Shown here in pieces: positions 1 to 11,700 of a stretch of 64,000 nt of DNA. The number at the start of each line of letters is the position of its first letter. Positions within the stretch are counted from its first letter, which is position 1. Source of the DNA: Amphiscolops sp. MND2022 (Eukaryota); the NCBI GenBank assembly GCA_964187785.1, contig OZ076411.1, positions 54,312,001-54,376,000 on the forward strand, in the 5' to 3' direction. The position numbers and the translations under genes are program-made. The notes under the pieces are model-generated. The model searched no databases, was not told the DNA's origin, and saw nothing but the letters and a program-made list of their open reading frames with translations.

Positions 1-382
1 ATTGATCACGAATATTCCAGATTTTTGCAGCTGTGGATAGATCTGGTCAGATCTGTTTATTCTTGGGCAGTAAACAATAGCTGCAATTCTGTTCGGATAT
101 TCTGAAGGACCTGAAGGAGTTCCTCTAACGACAGAGGCTTGCTGTTGGTACTAGTGTGCTCGGAAAATGAATTACTAATAACGTCGTTCCGGATCAAATT
201 TTCTCGATGTGGCAGGAAGTTCGATAATTTGACGTTGAACTGATTTCGGGTGTTCACTGAATGAGGGTTGAGGCTCTGGCCTGGTATTGCACGAGAACAC
301 GTTGCGATAGCTGCCGCTGTTGTTGTTTGTGTAGGGTTTTCAGGGCGTGATAGAGGGAGCTTGCGCCGAGGATGAAGATTAT

Positions 383-528
383 TGTCGTGAGGGAAAACAC
401 TACTTGCAGGATGTTTCTATTTGATACGCATTGATCTGAAGCATACATACAACATTTGGGCTGACATAAATAACACAACGACATTATATACCAGTATTAT
501 TAACTACGTTTATATTACATTCATAACA
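383..528 (-). repeat. 3' LTR of Gypsy element copy 1
   Basis: tgtcgtgagggaaaac...tacattcataaca, adjacent to the PPT. Confidence 0.88.
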
Positions 529-550
529 TTCCTTCCCGCTTCTGAAGTCT

Positions 551-1490
551 CTAGTTCGTCGCCAACACAAAATCGCCCAGGTATGAAGGCGGTTTCCTGT
601 TCCTTGCCCAAAGTCGCAATGGGGGAGCAGGAGAGTCTGGACTGGTTTGAGATTTCTTTACTGGTTTCACAGATTCAGGTGGCTCACACTGGGTTCCGAT
701 GTGGGAGTCAACGTTAGTCTCCTTGTCTCTGCACTGATTGCCTGGTTGCGAGGTCGTTCCTTCGTTGTCCACATCCGGCGGTCGTCGAGAGAGGTCCCTG
801 GTAGAAACCCTGTCAACTCGCCCATCGCCAAAGGAGACTGGTGCAAGGTGAAAGAGGTTTTTCTCGGATATCTGTAGAGGCACAAATGGAGCTTGGTCTT
901 TTGCCCTTACAAATTTCGGAGGAAAGCGAGTGTCTCTGCCTTGAGCCAAGGTAGAAGGACGGATCAGCGGCTCACCGCGTTTGAAACAAAAGAAGCGGCC
1001 ATGCGGACTCTCTTTGGTGACTGTATTGATGAGTGTCCGGATCGACGAGAGCGTTGATGGTAGGACATTTTTCCAGTCAGAGAGTGGGCGGTTAGCGGAG
1101 TGTAACAGGCACTGAACGGCATTCCACACAATTCCGTTGTAGCGTTCGTTTTGGCCATTGTCTTGAGGATAGTAGGGCGTAGTTTTGGAGGTCGCGGAGG
1201 TTTTGGCGGCGGAAGTTTTGGGATTCCGATGACACGAACTGTGTGCCCCGGTGGGAGTGAATGAGCCCACGGGTTCCGAAGATGGTAAAAAGTGTCGAAA
1301 GACATTTGATGATGCTACTAGACGTGATGTTCCGGAGAGGGAAGGCGAACATAAACCTACTAAGCTTATCCACCACTGAGGGAAGGTATTGGTTTTTGCT
1401 TCGAGTCATTGGTTTAGGGCCAACAATGTCGATTGATGGTCGCTCCCAAGGTTTGGAGGACTGGATATGATCGCTGCTGGGCAGCCGCAA
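551..1490 (-). pseudogene. Frameshifted retroviral-type (rve) integrase
   Basis: KPWERPSIDIVGP, VVDKLSRFMFAFP, IHSHRGTQF (second catalytic D reads H), YYPQDNGQNERYNG, C-terminal RNRKPPSYLGDF; split over ORFs 1092-1490 and 551-1270. Confidence 0.9.
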
Positions 1491-1499
1491 ATGTGCGGT

Positions 1500-2090
1500 T
1501 TCTGAGAAAACGGCTGCTTGGCCGCAGCTATAGTTGAAGATTCAGCGCTGCGAAAAGTTTCGAAAAGTCACTGGATAGTTTGACTGTACATGCAAGCAAT
1601 ATGCAACTATCGATGTCGGCCTTGGAGTCTTAAAGCTCCAATTGTGTTGCCCGAATGTCATCAGACCTGAACCCTGATATTAAAGCGTCTCGTACCAGAT
1701 AATCTTTATGTGCTTGGACGGTCAGACTGGTGCTTTCGCAGTTTTCAACAAGTTGTTTCAGCCTCCAGAAAACTGTACGATGGATTCGTTGTTCTTTTGA
1801 CTGGCACTGAGCATTTGATGACGGGCAAAGAGCACTCTTGTGGGCTTCACAATCTGCCTGTCCATTGTTCTCAGTGAGTCTGCAAACGTTGCAGAACTTT
1901 CGAGGAGTGTGAAATAGTCGGAGCCGACAAAAGTACGAAGGAAAACTAATTTGTCAGCATCTTCGGTGGTGCCATTGACACGTAAACCTTCCTTGAAACA
2001 TTTTCCCCCTCTTCCACTTCTCGGGAGACGGATTTGGTGGCAAGTCGATTGGTTTGAACTTTATGAGAGACTGAAGAAAGAATACAGCGC
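1500..2090 (-). pseudogene. Degenerate Gypsy gag
   Basis: Manual translation: DKLVFLRTFVGSDYFTLLE...RVLFARHQMLSASQKNNESIVQF...KDYLVRDALISG; contains stops and frameshifts. Confidence 0.7.
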
Positions 2091-2299
2091 ATAGACAATG
2101 GCTCCGAGGAACTTAAGAAAGTATTGTAGTAGCAGAAAGGTCAACAGCTACGAGGAACCTAAGAAAGTACTGTAGTAGCAGAATAGTGAAGTCATATACC
2201 TGGAAGACAGTTTGAGTGACTTAGCGCTGACAAATGCAATGACCACAACAACACTGGTTTGTTTGAGGGTGACCTCGTTTGTGGATCTGGGGGCAGAAG

Positions 2300-2796
2300 G
2301 CTTTCGGAAGCACTCGATTCTTTAAGATAGAGCGAATTCCACTGATTGCCGGAGGTGGATGTCGTCTCTGGTAGTATTTTTTTCGCCGCTGTAGATGCTT
2401 CGGGACATAACTCTGAAGAGCCACAGGCGATCGTTGCTGCATTTAAGGAGTCGATTTAATGCCTTGGCTTGGTAAAGGGATGTTTAGCCGGGAGGAACCG
2501 CGATAACGAAGGTTCTGAGTGCAACTTCAGAGGCTGCTACAGCAAGGCCGGAGATGTCCCTGGCAAGAGTTTGAGTGTTCCAGGTTTGTAAGTCGTTGCT
2601 TCCGACGAAGAGCACGATCAGATCGTACCGACCTTTTGCAGGTAAGGAGGGTATCACGTCTTCAACTTGTACACCTGGTAGGACGAGGATATTGAAGTTA
2701 GGGAATGTCAGGTTCCTTGTGAATCCGTGATAATTAGGGTACGAGTGGACGAGTTCTTGAAGAGGTGATAACGCATGAGGAATTATTAAAAAGAAT
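2300..2796 (-). pseudogene. Degenerate SGNH/GDSL hydrolase-like ORF inside the LTR element
   Basis: YDLIVLFVGSNDL (block III GxND) in the copy-2 ORF 7794-8168. After a frameshift the sequence continues to RDDIHL (block V DxxH). The block I region is degenerate (FLIIPHAL). Confidence 0.7.
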
Positions 2797-2942
2797 TGTC
2801 GTGAGGGAAAACACTACTTGCAGGAAGCTTCTTTTTGATAAGCATTCATCTGAAGCATACATGCAACAATTAGGCTGAAATAAATAAAACAACGACTTTA
2901 TATACCACTATTAATAACTACGTATATATTACATTCTTAACA
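2797..2942 (-). repeat. 5' LTR of Gypsy element copy 1
   Basis: tgtcgtgagggaaaac...tacattcttaaca; no canonical PBS adjacent. Confidence 0.85.
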
Positions 2943-3886
2943 GTTATGCATGAAGCAATCAAATTTGTTTAATCACACGTGATAAATTTATCAAAAATTT
3001 CTATTCATTAAGTTTGTCACAACACTATATATATGCATAGTGAAAAATGTCAACCTTTTTTGCTCAAGAGGTTTCCATCAACCCACTTGTTCGAAGGTCA
3101 TGTAGAATTGCTGAAAGAGTTTTAGCGAGTTGTCCCGTTGGTTTTATTAAGTGAAACTACTGTTTGCTACTTAAGTTTTAAGTTCCTTTTAAGTTCCTCC
3201 AGGAGTAGCCCTATATTCACCAGTTTCGTTTCTAGTGGATACTTGTTAAGTTAGGTTAGGAGAGAGAAAAAGACTTACATCTCTTTCGAGACCAATTTAT
3301 TACCACACGCTTTTGCTATATTTGCATACCTTACAAGTACAACAAATTGAGAAGGAACGCACATAATCCGTTTGAAAATTTTTAGACAACAAAAAATTTT
3401 CTAAAATTTTCATGTTTTCATTGTCGAAGCCACCGATGATATTGTGACGGAAAAGATAATTGACCATTTTGGCAGCTCTTATGAAGAAAGTTTTTTGATG
3501 TGATAAGGTTGAGTATCCACAGTACAGTGTTAGTATAGTACAGTGTTAGTACAGTATTGTGTTAGTTTCATTGTGTCAGTCATTCTCACTCTAGGAAATT
3601 GCTTACTCAAGGCGAATTCGATTCTGCTGGAGTCTCGAATTTCCGTGTGGTTTTTGATTTTGGTGATAAAGAACGAGTTTTGCGGTGACCATTTCGTCAG
3701 TTGTCTTGGGGTTGGCTCAGGCCTTGCAATCACTTTTGCGGCGTAGCTTTCATGTTGTTTGCTGCAGTTGTTTCGTCTTCTGACGATGGTTTATTTTGGG
3801 GTTCAGATCTCAAGTAAATTCCTCTATGGATTCCTTCATTTGAAGGATCACACTTTTCAGAGTCTTTTGGTCACATCTGTCCAGAA

Positions 3887-4832
3887 CAGGGAATTCGAAT
3901 CGAATTCGATTATTCCGTCGAATAGTCAAAGCTTCGCGTTGCTTTCGAATGTCGATTCGAAGCTTCGAACAGTTGTTGAATATCGAATCGAATATCGAAT
4001 AAATCTTGCGAATAATGAGATATCTCTTCGAATATCGAACATTGTTCGAATAATTTTCACAAATTACAATAAGGAATAATGCAAGCAAAAATATTGGGTT
4101 GCACATGACCGGAAATAGTAAATGGCGGATCGTTACGACCGTCGAAGTAAGGCATACGGTCAATTTTACGTGGACCTTAAGGACAACATCCCTTCCAATT
4201 GGCGAAAATGCAATAAATGCTCGCATTTTTTGCAATGCAAATCAACAACTACAACTTCAATGATGAGTCATTGGAAATTATGTTCGACTAAAGAGAACCA
4301 AAATCCGAATCAACCTGATGATGTTAGTGAGATACAGATACAACGAACTTCTTCGTCGCAAGTTCACTATGGACTGCATGAAGCGGCGGCCCTTGTTTAT
4401 GAAGATCACTTCCCTACTACAGCTGTCGCAAACACCAAAAATTTGTTCAACAAGGGTCTTTGTTGCATTTTTGAAGGATCAGTTCAGCGAACATATAACT
4501 GCTGACAGTGACACCAGTGCCCATGACTATGCGCCAACCGAGGCTCTTACCCTGATTGAGTACTTACGTTCTGGAAATGTCAAGAATGACAGTTTCGACA
4601 TAAGTGAGCATTTACCAAACTTTAAGCCCACTAGCGTTGACCCGGAACTGCTATTTTCACTTGCTCGCATATCAAAAACTCACTTACAAGCCAGAACACT
4701 GCCAGAAACTCTCGCTTGAAATGTATTTCTATCGCAAAACTCGCCACTGTTTCCAAGGAACACAAATAAATTTACAGATAATCCGACTTTTCGAAATTGA
4801 AAAAGGCAAAATGTCGAAGGTTCGTACAACTG
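3887..4832 (+). mobile_element. Internally deleted hAT DNA transposon remnant
   Basis: Starts cagggaattcgaatcgaattcga with many TCGAA subterminal repeats. BED-finger-like RKCNKC...MMSHWKLC (ORF 4122-4505). hAT dimerisation-like KPTSVDPELLFSLAR...RTLPETL (ORF 4318-4719). Right end and TSD (gtccagaa/ctacagaa) are degenerate. Confidence 0.7.
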
Positions 4833-5693
4833 CTACAGAATATTGAGGACTTTCATGTTTTTAAGTGAAACTCCCGACATGAAACAGTTTGCATGGAACC
4901 AACTGCCACATGTGTCACATTCTATTCCATCAAATACGTTAACAGAACACCTTTTGCAGTGTACTTTTTTCACATTACTTTTTGTCATGTTCGATTGCTG
5001 TTCAACACAGGTCTCCGCTTACCTGAAAAAAGAGACACTTAAAAAACTAGTCACTACAACCACGGTAGCTAAACCAGGTCGCTGTTATTAGTCTCAAAAG
5101 TCACTCGGTTGTTCTTTTCTTCGAGCTTCTCTCCCCCTGACAGCCTATTATTGGGGTGTCATTGTTGTGTAAGCTTTTTCAAGTTCCTCAGATTATTATG
5201 GGAAATAATTCGAAATGTTCCGAGTTCAACGTTGCCCCTCAAATGGAAATTGGAATCGACTACAATGGTGGGTAGCCGTCTTTTTCTTTTCGGCAAAAGA
5301 TCGCTGGCTACATTGATCACGAATATTCCAGATTTTTGCAGCTGTGGATAGATCTGGTCAGATCTGTTTACTCTTTGGCAGTAAACAATAGCTGCAATTC
5401 TGTTCTGATATTCTGAAGGACCTGAAGGAGTTCCTCTAACGACAGAGGCTTGTTGTTGGTACTAGTGTGCTCGGAAAATGAATTACTAATAACGTCGTTC
5501 CAGATCAAATTTTCTCGATGTGGCAGGAAGTTCGATAATTTGACGTTGAACTGATTTCGGGTGTTCACTGAATGAGGGTTGAGGCTCTGGCCTGGTATTG
5601 CACGAGAACACGTCGCGATAGCTGCCGCTGTTGTTGTTTGTGTAGGGTTTTCAGGGCGTGATAGAGGGAGCTTGCGCCGAGGATGAAGATTAT

Positions 5694-8252
5694 TGTCGTG
5701 AGGGAAAACACTACTTGCAGGATGTTTCTATTTGATACGCATTGATCTGAAGCATACATACAACATTTGGGCTGACATAAATAACACAACGACATTATAT
5801 ACCAGTATTAATAACTACGTTTATATTACATTCATAACACTCCTTCCCGCTTCTGAAGTCTCTAGTTCGTCGCCAACACAAAATCGCCCAGGTATGAAGG
5901 CGGTTTCCTGTTCCTTGCCCAAAGTCGCAATGGGGGAGCAGGAGAGTCCGGACTGGTTTGAGATTTCTTTACTGGTTTCACAGATTCAGGTGGCTCACAC
6001 TGGGTTTCGATGTGGGAGTCAACGTTAGTCTCCTTGTCTCTGCACTGATTGCCTGGTTGCGAGGTCGTTCCTTCGTTGTCCACATCCGGCGGTCGTCGAG
6101 AGAGGTCCCTGGTAGAAACCCTGTCAACTCGCCCATCGCCAAAGGAGACTGGTGCAAGGTGAAAGAGGTTTTTCTCGGATATCTGTAGAGGCACAAATGG
6201 AGCTTGGTCTTTTGCCCTTACAAATTTCGGAGGAAAGCGAGTGTGTCTGCCTTGAGCCAAGGTAGAAGGACGGATCAGCGGCTCACCGCGTTTGAAACAA
6301 AAGAAGCGGCCATGCGGACTCTCTTTGGTGACTGTATTGATGAGTGTCCGGATCGACGAGAGCGTTGATGGTAGGACATTTTTCCAGTCAGAGAGTGGGC
6401 GGTTAGCGGAGTGTAACAGGCACTGAACGGCATTCCACACAATTCCGTTGTAGCGTTCGTTTTGGCCATTGTCTTGAGGATAGTAGGGCGTAGTTTTGGA
6501 GGTCGCGGAGGTTTTGGCGGCGGAAGTTTTGGGATTCCGATGACACGAACTGTGTGCCCCGGTGGGAGTGAATGAGCCCACGGGTTCCGAAGATGGTAAA
6601 AAGTGTCGAAAGACATTTGATGATGCTACTAGACGTGATGTTCCGGAGAGGGAAGGCGAACATAAACCTACTAAGCTTATCCACCACTGAGGGAAGGTAT
6701 TGGTTTTTGCTTCGAGTCATTGGTTTAGGGCCAACAATGTCGATTGATGGTCGCTCCCAAGGTTTGGAGGACTGGATAAGATCGCTGCTGGGCAGCCGCA
6801 AATGTGCGGTTTCTGAGAAAACGGCTGCTTAGCCGCAGCTATAGTTGAAGATTCAGCGCTGCGAAAAGTTTCGAAAAGTCACTGGATAGTTTGACTGTAC
6901 ATGCAAGCAATATGCAACTATCGATGTCGGCCTTGGAGTCTTAAAGCTCCAATTGTCTTGCCCGAATGTCATCAGACCTGAACCCTGATATTAAAGCGTC
7001 TCGTACCAGATAATCTTTATGTGCTTGGACGGTCAGACTGGTGCTTTCGCAGTTTTCAACAAGTTGTTTCAGCCTCCAGAAAACTGTACGATGGATTCGT
7101 TGTTCTTTTGACTGGCACTGAGCATTTGATGACGGGCAAAGAGCACTCTTGTGGGCTTCACAATCTGCCTGTCCATTGTTCTCAGTGAGTCTGCAAACGT
7201 TGCAGAACTTTCGAGGAGTGTGAAATAGTCGGAGCCGACAAAAGTACGAAGGAAAACTAATTTGTCAGCATCTTCGGTGGTGCCATTGACACGTAAACCT
7301 TCCTTGAAACATTTTCCCCCTCTTCCACTTCTCGGGAGACGGATTTGGTGGCAAGTCGATTGGTTTGAACTTCATGAGAGACTGAAGAAAGAATACAGCG
7401 CATAGACAATGGCTCCGAGGAACTCAAGAAAGTATTGTAGTAGCAGAAAGGTCAACAGCTACGAGGAACCTAAGAAAGTACTGTAGTAGCAAAATAGTGA
7501 AGTCACTTACCTGGAAGACAGTTTGAGTGACTTAGCGCTGACAAATGCAATGACCACAACAACACTGGTTTGTTTGAGGGTGACCTCGTTTGTGGATCTG
7601 GAGGCAGAAGGCTTTCGGAAGCACTCGATTCTTTAAGATAGCGCGAATTCCACTGATTGCCGGAGGTGGATGTCGTCTCTGGTAGTATTTTTTTCGCCGC
7701 TGTAGATGCTTCGGGACATAACTCTGAAGAGCCACAGGCGATCGTTGCCGCATTTAAGGAGTCGATTTAATGCCTTGGCTTGGTCAGGGATGTTTAGCCG
7801 GGAGGAACCGCGATAACGAAGGTTCTGAGTGCAACTTCAGAGGCTGCTACAGCAAGGCCGGAGATGTCCCTGGCAAGAGTTTGAGTGTTGCCGGTTTGTA
7901 AGTCGTTGCTTCCGACGAAGAGCACGATCAGATCGTACCGACCTTTTGCAGGTAAGGAGGGTCTCACGTCTTCAACTTGTACACCTGGTAGGACGAGGAT
8001 ATTGAAGTAAGGGAATGTCAGGTTCCTTGTGAATCCGTGATAATTAGGGTACGAGTGGACGAGTTTTTGAAGAGGTGATAACGCATGAGGAATTATTAAA
8101 AAGAATTGTCGTGAGGGAAAACACAACTTGCAGGAAGCTTCTTTTTGATAAGCATTCATCTGAAGCATACATGCAACAATTAGGCTGAAATAAATAAAAC
8201 AACGACATTATATACCACTATTAATAACTACGTATATATTACATTCTTAAGA
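5694..8252 (-). mobile_element. Gypsy-type LTR element with SGNH ORF, copy 2
   Basis: Duplicate of 383-2942; LTRs at 5694-5839 and 8107-8252 (terminal CA mutated to GA); same frameshifts as copy 1. Confidence 0.88.
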
Positions 8253-8704
8253 GTTATGCATGAAGCAATCAAATTTGTTTAATCACACGTGATAAATTTA
8301 TCAAAAATTTCTATTCATTAAGTTTGTCACAACACTATATATATGCATAGTGAAAAATGTCAACCTTTTTTGCTCAAGAGGTTTCCATCAACCCACTTGT
8401 TCGAAGGTCATGTAGAATTGCTGAAAGAGTTTTAGCGAGTTGTCCCGTTGGTTTTATTAGGTGAAACTACTGTTTGCTACTTAAGTTTTAAGTTCCTTTT
8501 AAGTTCCTCCAGGAGTAGCCCTATATTCACCAATTTCGTTTCTAGTGGATACTTGTTAAGTTAGGTTAAGAGAGAGAAAAAGACTTACTTCTCTTTCGAG
8601 ACCAAATTATTACCACACGCTTTTGCTATATTTGCATACATTACAAGTACAACAAATTGAGAAGGAACGCACATAATCCGTTTGAAAATTTTTAGACAAC
8701 AAAA

Positions 8705-11700
8705 TTTTTTTTTTCAATTTTCATGTTTTCATTGTCGAAGCCACCGATGATATTGTGACGGAAAAGATAATTGACCATTTCGGCAGCTCTTATGAAGAAA
8801 GTTTTTTGATGTGATAAGGTTGAGTATCCACAGTACAGCACACTGGTTACTCCAGTCCTCATTTCTCGAAGATTTTTTTCGGAAACGAATGTACGTTGAA
8901 CAATCATAATTATAGCGCCCATTAATTAAATTAGTCAGCATAACGAATGTCAAACGCTCTATATGGTGACAAAGTGGCAAAACTTGATTGATTTTAAGTT
9001 GAACTTAATAGCTCTGTTGATGGCCAAAAACCCAACGGAAACAAGGTTTTTGAAACGCTCCATTTCTTTCAATCTTGTGATGTCGGGAAACCAACCCGGA
9101 ATACAATATATAAGGATGCAGAGCACCACTGCCCGATACAGGTTTAATTTTGTTTTGTACGCGAAAGGGTATTGAAGGGGATTCTTGGTTTCATAGCATA
9201 AAACGCTCTTCTCGTTTTGTTAAGTTGAATTTCAACATGACTGACCCATTTAAGATCATTCGAAATATTCAAATCCGAACCTTTATGTAATTTCACATTC
9301 TCCAACGCTTAAGTAGATCCTAAAAACACAATCGGTTGACCTTTAATTGCCAAGCAACAATCGGATCATTCTCGAGGAACCATTTCAATTTTTACGTGTG
9401 GGATGCGATCACCAATTTAGCTTCGAAGTAGATCAACAAGATCACTTTCCAAACCAAATCTAAAGAGCTTAGACAAAAGAATTAAATGAGAAACTTTGTC
9501 AAATGCTTCTTCATAATCCACGTGAATAGGGAACGTGCAGTAAGTTTTATGGCGATGGATATTTTCAATAAAAAATATCAACTGGAGTACTGAGATTTTT
9601 CGACTGAAACTCAAACTGCTGGGGATGAAACTGTATGTAATGTTTTGTACAGGAAAGAAAACATTATTCATTCGAAGATTAGGAATACTTTTGGTAACAA
9701 CCTAATGGGACGGTAGTTACTGAGTATATTCCCCGGATCTCTTTTGTGTACTGGACGAACATATGCCACATTCCAAACGTCAGGATAGACACGCGTGAAC
9801 AAGACAAAAGCAAATAAAGGATAGAAGAGGTTCGCTGGAACTTCCGGACACAATTTCAATGTTTTGGCGGTAAGCAATTGGCTTTTGTAATTGAGGAATC
9901 TTTCAGCTCTAAAATCAGCTTTCGTATTGTGACAGTCTTTAACGAATTCAGTATGTCAGCCAACTCCACAGAATTGTAGTTTTCGAAAGACAAACATTGA
10001 AGGCATTTGCTATTTGCTTACCCCCAGAATAGGAATATATATTCTGTTTCATGACTGTGGTAGGATGTTGTTCAGGATGTTCAGCAAACGAAAGCAATCA
10101 GTGAGAAAATTCATTCGCTCTCCACCAATGAACAATAGGCGATCCTGTTCAGCAGAGGTGTCGAAATCATGCTGTAGACTTTCGACGTTTTTAAATTTAT
10201 TTTTAGTAGAATTTTTCACATGCTTTCTTTTTGCAGTGTTCATTTTATTTAGGCAAAGGACTGTATGAGACGAGTAATAGAAAGGATTACCAGGGCGTTT
10301 TTCTTTTTTCTCCAGAAAGACGATGCAATATTTGTCCAGAGAAATTTGTTGAATTCGTTTACATTGACAGGAGAAAGACAAGAACTGAAAGCAAAATGAG
10401 ACCAGTTGTTTTTTTTAAAAAATAGTGATTCAAGAGGCTTAGATATTGCGAATTCAAAAGAATTTGATCTAGGGCAAGGATATTCACCAACTTTGAAATT
10501 TATGAGATATTGATCACTCAAAATGTCTTGTTTCGTTATTTGTAATGAGATAGGATAACTATGGTCACTACAGAGAATCTTGTCGAGGGTATTTCCATCA
10601 CAATGAGTACTTTCAGCAAAAATTAGAGGTCGTAAGCCCCAGTTGGAAAAGAGCTGTAGATAATCTTTTTCTCTGATGCAATTACTATACATTAGATGCC
10701 AATAAGCATTCGGAAGTTTAAAATTGCCTAGAACATATAATGAAAGACAGTAAACACTCAAGGGATACTTTTGTTCCATGGAACGAGTAGCTGTTTAAAA
10801 GTAGGGTTGCCATACACTCTACAGACACTTCGTGCGGACTAGGATATGGCAAAGAAACAAGTATGATTAGAGCCATCGTTTTTTCACTGAGGCAAAGAGC
10901 TATAGCAACAGCAAAATCGAAGTCATCGAGGTCAATTTCATTAGCTAAAAAACTGCAAGTAGTGCGAAAAAGAATGGCTACACCGCCACGAGGACCCTTA
11001 ACTCTATCTTTTCTTGCAACAGGTTTAAAGCATCCAACCTGCGTATATTGTGCATAATCCTTCCACCAAGTTTCGGTAAGGAACAGAACATTTATCATTT
11101 CAGAGTTAAAGAATTCTAAGAGTTGGCATTGTTTGGTTTTGGAGTCGAGGTCTTGAACATTTTTGAGTAGGTTGTTCGCGTTGACATGAAGTCATTTAGA
11201 ATTTTCATCTGCCAGTTTAATTGATTCTAGGTGTGATCGGATATCAGCAAAGGAGCAAGTGTCATCTATTTTATCGCCGTTAAAAAGTAGGTTCAGATCT
11301 CGGATTCTGAAGAAATTCCTATCAAACCCTTCCTGAATGAAGTCAAATTTTAGTTTCAGAAGTGATTTTTCTCTTTGTCTGTCAGTCCATTTAAGTTTCG
11401 TTTTGACGAAATAAGTAGTTCGTTTCAAAAAGTGAACATTTGCCAATAGCAGTCGCTTATCATGTTCACAGTCGAATTGTCAAGATGTGCCATTAGCCTC
11501 GCAAGACGGGAAGGATCCAATGGTGAGCCACGAACCCTATGGTTCAAGTACCTGCCAGATGACATCGCAAACACACAACTTTTGATACTGCACATTCATG
11601 TACCTGTTTGTGCGATACAACAGACAATTCTTGATACCGCACAATTTTTGTTCACTTGCAGGTACTTTTCGCGGTGCTATATGTACCCGATGCTGAACCA

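Larger units (their letters stand above)
383..2942 (-). mobile_element. Internally deleted Gypsy/Ty3-type LTR retrotransposon (2.56 kb), copy 1
   Basis: 146-bp TG...CA direct repeats at 383-528 and 2797-2942 (~15 mismatches, ~90%). Minus-strand polypurine tract gaagcgggaaggaa abuts the 3' LTR (529-542). Imperfect 5-bp TSD attat/gttat. Internal gag and integrase remnants; no protease, RT or RNase H. Confidence 0.88.
1..8838. repeat. Tandem segmental duplication, period ~5311 bp (1-3527 recurs at 5312-8838; full unit 3528-8838; the first copy runs off the window)
   Basis: Position 1 attgatcacgaatattccag recurs at 5312. All ORFs recur at +5311 (57/5368, 551/5862, 1092/6403). Similarity ends after gagtatccacagtacag (3527 vs 8838). 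Identity is about 98-99% by eye. Confidence 0.97.
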
